From Auanema rhodensis (Eukaryota > Animalia > Nematoda), in the NCBI GenBank assembly GCA_964057225.1, contig OZ059894.1:11160001-11224000 (forward strand): a stretch of DNA of 64,000 nucleotides, given 5' to 3'. This document shows positions 46,979-56,929 of the stretch, in pieces. The position numbers and the translations under genes are program-made. Under the pieces are notes generated by a model, which was given only the letters and a program-made list of their open reading frames with translations, was not told the DNA's origin and ran no database searches. Position 1 is the stretch's first letter. Every line of letters starts with the position of its first letter.

Positions 46979-47842
46979 TATTGAAGTAGGAAATGTTTTG
47001 CCCCGTAGGACTACAAGTAAATATTATCTAGCACAAGGCTATTAGAGAATGATAAGATACTACCTGCACTAAGTGCGTCGCATCGTAAAGGGAAAAAAAT
47101 TAAACAATGGGAGTTTAACAGCATGAAATTGAGAGAAAAGACATATCCGAGTGTGAATAAAATTACGGGTGAACGGAACATGGAGTACGAGAGACATACA
47201 AAACGAGACTAAGTGAAAAGAAAAAGTCTTGTATCACGTTCATGAAGGTTCGACGGATCCGGTAAGAAGCTGCGGGTTCAGAAGGTCAGCTTTCATCTCG
47301 TAGTCGTGGCGCATCAGGAATTTGTGAAGCTTTCCGGCTTTGCAGACGGCTGTATTGGTCCTCGTAGGATGGTGGAAGATGTTGTCGCTTAGTGATGTTA
47401 CACATAAAGATATGCAAAAATAGAACAATTCAAAGAAAAAGAGCACAATTAAAACGAGATTTGGAGAGAAGAGAAGTCTTATATCACTTTCGATGGTTCG
47501 GAAGCTCCAGTCTGCTGCTGCGGTTTAGGGGGTGCAACTGGCATGTCGGAGGCGTAGCACATCATAGGTCAAGCTTGCTGGACTCCCGGCTCGGCTGGTG
47601 GCTGTGAGTTTTCCTTGTGCTTGTTCTCGGTGGTGGTCCCTGGGCTGTCTCTTCACCAAAAATTACTATACTAATTGCACATTTCATTTAAACGACCCAT
47701 TTCAGAAGCTTTAAGAGGAAAAGCTACAATTAGCATAGGACCGCCTCAAGGCCTGGTGGATCATTCAATTTAGTTTCAATCGCCAAGTATAGCGGCCTGG
47801 GCCCTTGGGTCAATTCACTGAACCAGTGTAGTATCGATTGTT
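46979..47842 (-). mobile_element. Non-autonomous element family A (864 bp)
   Basis: Matches the other A copies. Confidence 0.88.
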
Positions 47843-47884
47843 CAATGGAACACATATCGAAGGTTAATTCGATAAGAACGATTA

Positions 47885-50800
47885 ATGGTTTATTGAATAA
47901 CTAATGTTATGATACAATAAATAACCAATAAAAAAGAGCCCAGAATCGGGGAGACGGTATTACCAGTACAACTTAAAACAGCAAGTAATTAAAAAGTACA
48001 TAATAAGACACATTGCCAACAGAGGCTAAAACGACTCAAGAGTCGGGGGAGTGGGTTAAAAAAAATGAACAAAAAAATGAATATTAAAGCAGAACAATGA
48101 GAAATCAAGTGCCGCTATGATCAAACAATTTGAGTGCCTACGGCAATGATGTTAAAAATAAACAACAAAATACATGTACCAATGAAGGTCAGAAAGAAAG
48201 AAACAAAAGACAAAAATAAGTAATACAAAAAGTAAATACATTACAATCAAATCACAAACAAGTCAATTGATAATTTCTTCTTCATACTGCCTTACACCAG
48301 AAACATGTTCCACGTAGATATTCCTGGCCCACTTGATGGTATCGGCGACGACGAGCTTCTCCATTAGCCGGTTGTAGTGGCTGCTGATCTTGAGTGATCG
48401 GAGGGCTTGTACGTTGAGCGGGTCCATAGTTCCAAGCATTCCTACGACATACGCTTCTACACTAGTCTTATAACCAAGACATTGGTATTGGCTGGCTATG
48501 TCAGCATATTTCCTCTCCTTTATCATACGCGCGGCTATCATGGCTTGTCGGCGGTTTTCATAGCTCACTGTAACATCAACGATACTACAGTGTTTTGCGT
48601 CATGATCGACCACTACTATGTCAGGTCGGAGTGTACTATTAATGCCAGGAAGAGGCTGGTTAGTGTAAACTTCTCCGTTTTTAGGCTCTGGCAGGGCTTT
48701 GATAAGACGGTCCACGATGTTGTTGTGGCGGAGTTGGATTGCTCTCGTGTGAAAGTGGCAGTGTCCAAGAACATGTGCAGCAGTTTCGTTGGGGTAACTA
48801 CACCTGCGGCACTGTTTGTTTCCTTCTCCGTGTCTTCTACAGCCATTGAGCTGGAGAGTATTAAGTCGAGCCTTGTGGATGAATCGCCAATCAGCAAACC
48901 GTATGAAATCTCCCTTCGCCATAAAGTGATTGGACGCTTTGTTGAGCATTGTGACATCAAAGACTTTCCCTTGATCCGGTTTTTGAAGAAGGATCCGAAG
49001 GTCTTTCAGCCATAATGCACGTCGCAGGCTTCTGTGGCATAGTGAAGGTGTTAACAGTTGGTTGTTTAGATTGAGTTCTAAACCACTTTCGAGGCATGTC
49101 CAGTTAGCGTTGATGAGTTTCTTGAGTTGACGCATCGCTACTCTTACTCTAGTCCAGATGGAGGAAACATCAGATGTTTCGGTGTCGAAAATGCCATCAA
49201 CGGAACCGTTGTAATATGCAGCTGTCTCATCGTTACTGGCTTGACGTTTAATCCTTTTTGATGCTACTTTTATTGAGTCTTGATGCGCAATATCAGCTAC
49301 TACAAGATCAGATGACTTCAAAAGTTGGTAGGCATGAGTGACTTCACAGACGTCTGACAGGTGTTGGAGTCGAGAGAGACCAAGTCCGCCGTAGTTGGTT
49401 GGCAGGTAGATTGGTTCAGCACTGGCGTTTGGAGGATAGTGCATCCATCTACGGGCACAGCGTTTGAGTTCTTTGTCAAAGGCGACTAGTTTACTCTTTG
49501 GGACGTGGCCATTCGTCATATGAAAATTAAGGCAGGGCATCAGGAAGGTGCGTACTGCGTCAGCTTTCTGCCATTCAGCCAGTAAGGATTTGTCAATTTT
49601 TTCCAAGTGTTGACTCATGATATTCACTGTTGGAACCGCAGACTTATGTAAATGCATTCCAGTAGGGATTCCCAGGTGGGAGTAGCTGTCAAATTTGCTG
49701 AGAGCGGGTAGAAAGCAGCTCTGAAGCATGTATGAGGCTGTTGATATTTTCCCTTTGTCGATCGTCAAAGTGGCGCATTTCGCTGGTTTGAAGGTCAAGC
49801 CTGTGAAATTAGCCGCATTTGATGCTGCGTCCAACATTTTCTGTAGATCTTCTGATGATGAGGAGACCAGGGCAAGGTCATCGGCGTACGCTAGCACAGC
49901 GATGTTGTGATTGTGTAGCTTATAGCCTGTAGAGGTTTCCAAGATGGTTTTAATTAGAGGTTCAATGGCAAGGTTGAACAGGATCGGAGATAGTGGGGAT
50001 CCTTGTAACACACCTGCGTGAACTGGAATGGTCGAAGTGAGTCCGGAGCCTGTCTGGATTCTTGTAGAGGCATCTGTGTATAGAGCTCGTACTCGGGATA
50101 TTGAGGCTTCAGCCATTCCTGACCATCTTAGAACGTCTAGCAGAGTTTCGTGTGGCAGCGATCCAAAAGCGTTTGCGAGATCAAGCCAAGCAATTGCAAT
50201 TTTCTCACGTTTACGTTTAGCGTCTGCAATGGTACTTTGCAACAAAAAGTTGTGTTCCATGCATCCAGCTTTGGCCACAAAGCCCTTTTGGGAGGGAGAA
50301 AGTCTTTTTTCTGCTCTTGCCCATGTTAGCAGTCGATGCGTAAGACAAGCTGAGTACGTCTTACCAATTGTGCACGAAAGTGCTATTGGTCGCCAGTTGT
50401 TAATGTCAGCTTTATCACCTTTCTTATGGATGAGGACGGTGGTCGACTCTTTCCAGGAAAAAGGGATGTGTCCTAGCTTGTGTACGGTGTTAAATATCGC
50501 TGCTAATATGTGACCTCCTTGGTCAAATTTCTTCCAGTGCGAGTATCGAAGTCCATCAGCTCCTGGAGCCGTATCGCTGCAACGTCGTATGCGTTCCCAG
50601 ACTTCCAAAGGGGTGAAAACACCTTCTAATGGGTCGGTACTAGTTGGCAAATCCGGTCTGGTGACTGTGATGGGGAGGGCTGGGCCTTGACTGCTGTGAA
50701 CAGAAAGGAAGTGTTTTTCAACATCTGCAGATGGTATGGTGCAGGTTTCACTTTGTTCTCCGAGCAGTTGTCGAAAGGCTTTCTTCTTGTTGGCCCTCCA

Positions 50801-51593
50801 AAGCTTCTGGATCTTCATCGCCTGGGTTTTTTGGTCTTCCTCAGGTTGTGTGTGTGGTCGGCGCCTTTGTCGGAAGTTGGGAACTTTGATCATAATGTCA
50901 AGAGACTTTCTGATTGTGTCTACCAACTCTTCCAGGACCTGCTCGAGCTCACTTTTGCACACTACCTTTTTAATTCTATCCACCCAAATATTTTCAGAGT
51001 TTCTATTCGGATCAGGGTCGGCAAAAGATGGTTCTGTACTCGGAACCCTGATCTCGTTGAATATTTCACTCTCTCGCGGAAGGGGGGAAACTTCGGCCTC
51101 TGGGGACAAGTCCAGAATTGGGGCCTCAAATAAGCGTACCGTTGATGGAGATCCTTGTTCCTGTCCACTGGATGATGTTTCCTCCATTGTACGCTCCTCC
51201 ACGGGCGGGGTGGTCGTCCTTGTGCCTGGTGGGCGGGTGTTCCTGATCCTCCGCAATATAGGGCGGGAACTGGGCTCTCTCGGAGATAGAGGTGAGATCA
51301 CCACAGTTTCCTCTATGATGCGGAGGCATCCTTCAGCTTTTTTCTGATGGCTTTTAACGGCCTTCAGATTGCTGGTGAGGCCACAGGCACGGCACTCAAA
51401 TTCTACTCCGACCTCATGTTCTCTCCGAAGATGGCGGACGAGACCATTGTGGTCTGAGTAGGATCGCGGAATAGGAGCGCAGATTGAACAAGAAAAAGGG
51501 CTCTGAAGAGGCACCTTTAGCTTGTAAAGCCCTTGCTCCATCTCTAGCAGATCTAAAGACTTACGTAGTACAGTTGCAATATCGATTTAGCCA
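47885..51593 (-). mobile_element. Utopia-like element, full length, mosaic 3' UTR
   Basis: ORF body of the major type; 3' end resembles the 11596 copy. Confidence 0.95.
48263..51541 (-). CDS. ZnF-RT-RLE polyprotein (1092 aa)
   Basis: Motifs as in 16320-19598. Confidence 0.96.
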   Translation of the reverse strand: MEQGLYKLKVPLQSPFSCSICAPIPRSYSDHNGLVRHLRREHEVGVEFECRACGLTSNLKAVKSHQKKAEGCLRIIEETVVISPLSPREPSSRPILRRIRNTRPPGTRTTTPPVEERTMEETSSSGQEQGSPSTVRLFEAPILDLSPEAEVSPLPRESEIFNEIRVPSTEPSFADPDPNRNSENIWVDRIKKVVCKSELEQVLEELVDTIRKSLDIMIKVPNFRQRRRPHTQPEEDQKTQAMKIQKLWRANKKKAFRQLLGEQSETCTIPSADVEKHFLSVHSSQGPALPITVTRPDLPTSTDPLEGVFTPLEVWERIRRCSDTAPGADGLRYSHWKKFDQGGHILAAIFNTVHKLGHIPFSWKESTTVLIHKKGDKADINNWRPIALSCTIGKTYSACLTHRLLTWARAEKRLSPSQKGFVAKAGCMEHNFLLQSTIADAKRKREKIAIAWLDLANAFGSLPHETLLDVLRWSGMAEASISRVRALYTDASTRIQTGSGLTSTIPVHAGVLQGSPLSPILFNLAIEPLIKTILETSTGYKLHNHNIAVLAYADDLALVSSSSEDLQKMLDAASNAANFTGLTFKPAKCATLTIDKGKISTASYMLQSCFLPALSKFDSYSHLGIPTGMHLHKSAVPTVNIMSQHLEKIDKSLLAEWQKADAVRTFLMPCLNFHMTNGHVPKSKLVAFDKELKRCARRWMHYPPNASAEPIYLPTNYGGLGLSRLQHLSDVCEVTHAYQLLKSSDLVVADIAHQDSIKVASKRIKRQASNDETAAYYNGSVDGIFDTETSDVSSIWTRVRVAMRQLKKLINANWTCLESGLELNLNNQLLTPSLCHRSLRRALWLKDLRILLQKPDQGKVFDVTMLNKASNHFMAKGDFIRFADWRFIHKARLNTLQLNGCRRHGEGNKQCRRCSYPNETAAHVLGHCHFHTRAIQLRHNNIVDRLIKALPEPKNGEVYTNQPLPGINSTLRPDIVVVDHDAKHCSIVDVTVSYENRRQAMIAARMIKERKYADIASQYQCLGYKTSVEAYVVGMLGTMDPLNVQALRSLKISSHYNRLMEKLVVADTIKWARNIYVEHVSGVRQYEEEIIN

Positions 51594-52092
51594 TTAACCT
51601 TATTGTGAACCAATGGAACACATATCGAAGGTTAATTCGATAAGAACGATTACTACACTTTGATCTTAGCCAAAAGGCCGAGAAGCGATATCGTACTTGT
51701 TACGAGTGCACTCTCTCATTTGAATATAAAAGTGTGGTTTGACAATCTTGACTGTACAGGTCATAAATGGCTCATATAAACTGTGGATTTACTCAACTTT
51801 TGGACTTATTTTTTTCTTATTCGAAGCGCTGCACTTTTTTCTATTCTTTTTATTCAAATACTTGTATATAGTTTTATATGTACGGTTGCAAAGTTTCCGA
51901 ATATTTTATATATTTTTATACAATAATTAGGAGAAGGTTAATACAATGAAATCTCCCAACTTTACAGTGTTTGTATTGCTTACAGTATCTAGAACAACCA
52001 CTCTTGTAATATTAGAGCACATATCAATCAACAACTTTTTCTAGTTATCAAAGCTTTTTTATTTCTTCAAGATATTTCAAATAAAATATAAA

Positions 52093-52211
52093 AGCTTACG
52101 ACACCCGGGATTCCCAAGCCGTCTCCGATCCAAGTACTAACCGGGCCCAACGTTGCTTGACTTGCCAGATCGGACGGGATGGCGTACTTTCAACGTGGTA
52201 TGGTCGTAAGC
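52093..52211 (-). rRNA. 5S rRNA
   Basis: Same sequence as the first copy. Confidence 0.97.
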
Positions 52212-52452
52212 AATGTTATATTCTTCATTATCAGTTATATCACTCTAAATCTTGTTGTTAATAGTTAGGACCACAAAGAAAACAACAGGAACAGTAACAA
52301 ATGAAATGCCCAAACTTTACAGTGTTCGAGTTATTTACAGTATCTAAGACTACCTCTGTCGTGTTATTAGAGCAAACATTCGATTAACAACAACTTTTTT
52401 TTAGTTATCAAAGCTTTTTTATTTCTTCAAAAAATTTCAAATAAAATATAAA

Positions 52453-52571
52453 AGCTTACGACACCCGGGATTCCCAAGCCGTCTCCGATCCAAGTACTAA
52501 CCGGGCCCAACGTTGCTTGACTTGCCAGATCGGACGGGATGGCGTACTTTCAACGTGGTATGGTCGTAAGC
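52453..52571 (-). rRNA. 5S rRNA
   Basis: Same sequence as the first copy. Confidence 0.97.
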
Positions 52572-52713
52572 AATGTCATATTCTTCATTATCAGTTATAT
52601 CACTCTAAATCTTGTTGTTAATAGATACGACCACAAAGAAAACAACAGGAACAGTAACAATAACAAAAAAAATTTTTTTTTCACCTATGTGTCTAAAGGT
52701 TAGCCATGTATCC

Positions 52714-52755
<42 letters not shown>

Positions 52756-53937
52756 ACAGTAAAAAGTCCAATCAAGAGAGAAATTTTTTCAACACATAGT
52801 TTTTTTTTTTTTAAATATCATTGTTTTTCCTCATAACTCGGTTTAAACTCGTTCTAACCCGTTGAAATACGTCTAGAAAGTCTTTATAACATGCATATGT
52901 ATGATAGAACTTCATATTTATTGTAATAGAAAATTTTATTTTCAGACGTCTTGGTTAACAATGATATGTTTTACCCCCTTATAATTTTTATCATAATGTT
53001 CCTTATACGGAACGCTCAATGAAACTTGCTTCCAGAAAAATTTCTTTCTATTTTTTCTTCATATGTACGTAGATACTATAGAGAACTATGATAGAAAACT
53101 TTAACATTCACGAAATCATCATTTCTCATTACGCTATGGAGGTTTAAAAAGCTGTGTTTTACCTTATAATAGACCGGAAAACCCTTGTGTTAAAACTGGA
53201 CCGTTTTTACACATATAAAAATGTCCCGTATTCGGGACCCTAATGTAACTTTTGATTCCCTATATTTTTTTTCATGAAATTTACAATCTACTGTAGAAAG
53301 AAGAATTATTTTTATAAAAACTGTAAATTTTTGAAAAATGAAAACAAAACGAAAACAAAAACAACTTTTTTTTGAACATTTTCTCACACAAGGGTCCCCC
53401 CTTACCTACTTTTTTTCTCATTACTCGTTTCAACCTCATCCGATCACTCTGCAAACATGTTTAATCGTTCTAACTTGTTGAAATACGTCTTAAAAGTCTA
53501 AACAACATGCATATGCATAATAGAAACCACCCGAATAGGCCCCCACGCACTAAACGAGATATATACATTACCAGTATAGTAATAGAACACATATTGAAGA
53601 TTAATTCGATAAGAACAATTTATTGACGTAGAGAATGTTTGTTCCGAAAAACTACAATATTAAACTATAAAAGTAACAAAAGCGTAGAGGCAGCAAAGAC
53701 ATGAATAAACATAAATGTAAATACAGAATTACCAGGTAGTACATAAGTATGACAAAAAATTATAAGAAAGCCATGAAAATAGAAGGTTTGTGAACAAATG
53801 AGAGGTACATCTTTGATCGTATAGTCATTTCTAAACCGTTCGTATGCTGCAGCATCGTCATAAGCGTCACTCAAGTTGAATTTCCATGTGTACTACACGA
53901 TTTTCATTCTTATTGTTACATTCTTTCCCTGAGGGAA

Positions 53938-54121
53938 TGGGCCGTTCCCGCCAGCAGTGCAAGAGCGGGTCGACCCGTGAGGTGGAGCTAGCAAGCCAGC
54001 ATCTACCTCAAGTCTCAAAAATCGGTTAACCTTATTGTGAACCAATGGAACACATATCGAAGGTTAATTCGATAAGAACGATTACTACACTTTGATCTTA
54101 GCCAAAAGGCCGAGAAGCGAT
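53938..54121 (-). ncRNA. U2: U2 snRNA, intact
   Basis: Same as 8629-8812. Confidence 0.97.
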
Positions 54122-54563
54122 ACAGCATAGCCATGAGTATCAAAGACATCAAGCAAATGTATCGTACTTGTTACGAGTGCACTCTCTCATTTGAATATAA
54201 AAGTGTGGTTTGACAATCTTGACTGTACAGGTCATAAATGGCTCATATAAACTGTGGATTTACTCAACTTTTGGACTTATTTTTTTCTTATTCGAAGCGC
54301 TGCACTTTTTTCTATTCTTTTTATTCAAATACTTGTATATAGTTTTATATGTACGGTTGCAAAGTTTCCGAATATTTTATATATTTTTATACAATAATTA
54401 GGAGAAGGTTAATACAATGAAATCTCCCAACTTTACAGTGTTTGTATTGCTTACAGTATCTAGAACAACCACTCTTGTAATATTAGAGCACATATCAATC
54501 AACAACTTTTTCTAGTTATCAAAGCTTTTTTATTTCTTCAAGATATTTCAAATAAAATATAAA

Positions 54564-54682
54564 AGCTTACGACACCCGGGATTCCCAAGCCGTCTCCGAT
54601 CCAAGTACTAACCGGGCCCAACGTTGCTTGACTTGCCAGATCGGACGGGATGGCGTACTTTCAACGTGGTATGGTCGTAAGC
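54564..54682 (-). rRNA. 5S rRNA
   Basis: Same sequence as the first copy. Confidence 0.97.
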
Positions 54683-54923
54683 AATGTTATATTCTTCATT
54701 ATCAGTTATATCACTCTAAATCTTGTTGTTAATAGTTAGGACCACAAAGAAAACAACAGGAACAGTAACAAATGAAATGCCCAAACTTTACAGTGTTCGA
54801 GTTATTTACAGTATCTAAGACTACCTCTGTCGTGTTATTAGAGCAAACATTCGATTAACAACAACTTTTTTTTAGTTATCAAAGCTTTTTTATTTCTTCA
54901 AAAAATTTCAAATAAAATATAAA

Positions 54924-55042
54924 AGCTTACGACACCCGGGATTCCCAAGCCGTCTCCGATCCAAGTACTAACCGGGCCCAACGTTGCTTGACTTGCCAGA
55001 TCGGACGGGATGGCGTACTTTCAACGTGGTATGGTCGTAAGC
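54924..55042 (-). rRNA. 5S rRNA
   Basis: Same sequence as the first copy. Confidence 0.97.
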
Positions 55043-55283
55043 AATGTCATATTCTTCATTATCAGTTATATCACTCTAAATCTTGTTGTTAATAGATACG
55101 ACCACAAAGAAAACAACAGGAACAGTAACAAATGAAATGCCCAAACTTTACAGTGTTCGAGTTATTTACAGTATCTAAGACTACCTCTGTCGTGTTATTA
55201 GAGCAAACATTCGATTAACAACAACTTTTTTTTAGTTATCAAAGCTTTTTTATTTCTTCAAAAAATTTCAAATAAAATATAAA

Positions 55284-55402
55284 AGCTTACGACACCCGGG
55301 ATTCCCAAGCCGTCTCCGATCCAAGTACTAACCGGGCCCAACGTTGCTTGACTTGCCAGATCGGACGGGATGGCGTACTTTCAACGTGGTATGGTCGTAA
55401 GC
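55284..55402 (-). rRNA. 5S rRNA
   Basis: Same sequence as the first copy. Confidence 0.97.
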
Positions 55403-55544
55403 AATGTCATATTCTTCATTATCAGTTATATCACTCTAAATCTTGTTGTTAATAGATACGACCACAAAGAAAACAACAGGAACAGTAACAATAACAAAAA
55501 AAATTTTTTTTTCACCTATGTGTCTAAAGGTTAGCCATGTATCC

Positions 55545-55600
<56 letters not shown>

Positions 55601-56929
55601 ACAGTAAAAAGTCCAATCAAGAGAGAAATTTTTTCAACACATAGTTGTTTTTTTTTTAAATATCATTGTTTTTCCTCATAACTCGGTTTAAACTCGTTCT
55701 AACCCGTTGAAATACGTCTAGAAAGTCTTTATAACATGCATATGTATGATAGAACTTCATATTTATTGTAATAGAAAATTTTATTTTCAGACGTCTTGGT
55801 TAACAATGATATGTTTTACCCCCTTATAATTTTTATCATAATGTTCCTTATACGGAACGCTCAATGAAACTTGCTTCCAGAAAAATTTCTTTCTATTTTT
55901 TCTTCATATGTACGTAGATACTATAGAGAACTATGATAGAAAACTTTAACATTCACGAAATCATCATTTCTCATTACGCTACGGAGGTTTAAAAAGCTGT
56001 GTTTTACCTTATAATAGACCGGAAAACCCTTGTGTTAAAACTGGACCGTTTTTACACATATAAAAATGTCCCGTATTCGGGACCCTAATGTAACTTTTGA
56101 TTCCCTATATTTTTTTTCATGAAATTTACAATCTACTGTAGAAAGAAGAATTATTTTTATAAAAACTGTAAATTTTTGAAAAATGAAAACAAAACGAAAA
56201 CAAAAACAACTTTTTTTTGAACATTTTCTCACACAAGGGTCCCCCCTTACCTACTTTTTTTCTCATTACTCGTTTCAACCTCATCCGATCACTCTGCAAA
56301 CATGTTTAATCGTTCTAACTTGTTGAAATACGTCTTAAAAGTCTAAACAACATGCATATGCATAATAGAAACCACCCGAATAGGCCCCCACGCACTAAAC
56401 GAGATATATACATTACCAGTATAGTAATAGAACACATATTGAAGATTAATTCGATAAGAACAATTTATTGACGTAGAGAATGTTTGTTCCGAAAAACTAC
56501 AATATTAAACTATAAAAGTAACAAAAGCGTAGAGGCAGCAAAGACATGAATAAACATAAATGTAAATACAGAATTACCAGGTAGTACATAAGTATGACAA
56601 AAAATTATAAGAAAGCCATGAAAATAGAAGGTTTGTGAACAAATGAGAGGTACATCTTTGATCGTATAGTCATTTCTAAACCGTTCGTATGCTGCAGCAT
56701 CGTCATAAGCGTCACTCAAGTTGAATTTCCATGTGTACTACACGATTTTCATTCTTATTGTTACATTCTTTCCCTGAGGGAATGGGCCGTTCCCGCCAGC
56801 AGTGCAAGAGCGGGTCGACCCGTGAGGTGGAGCTAGCAAGCCAGCATCTACCTCAAGTCTCAAAAATCGGTTAACCTTATTGTGAACCAATGGAACACAT
56901 ATCGAAGGTTAATTCGATAAGAACGATTA

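Larger units (their letters stand above)
46833..51689 (-). pseudogene. U2: U2 locus with stack family A + Utopia (U2 39-end 46833-46978; 38-79 47843-47884; 1-96 51594-51689)
   Basis: Junctions read directly. Confidence 0.9.
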
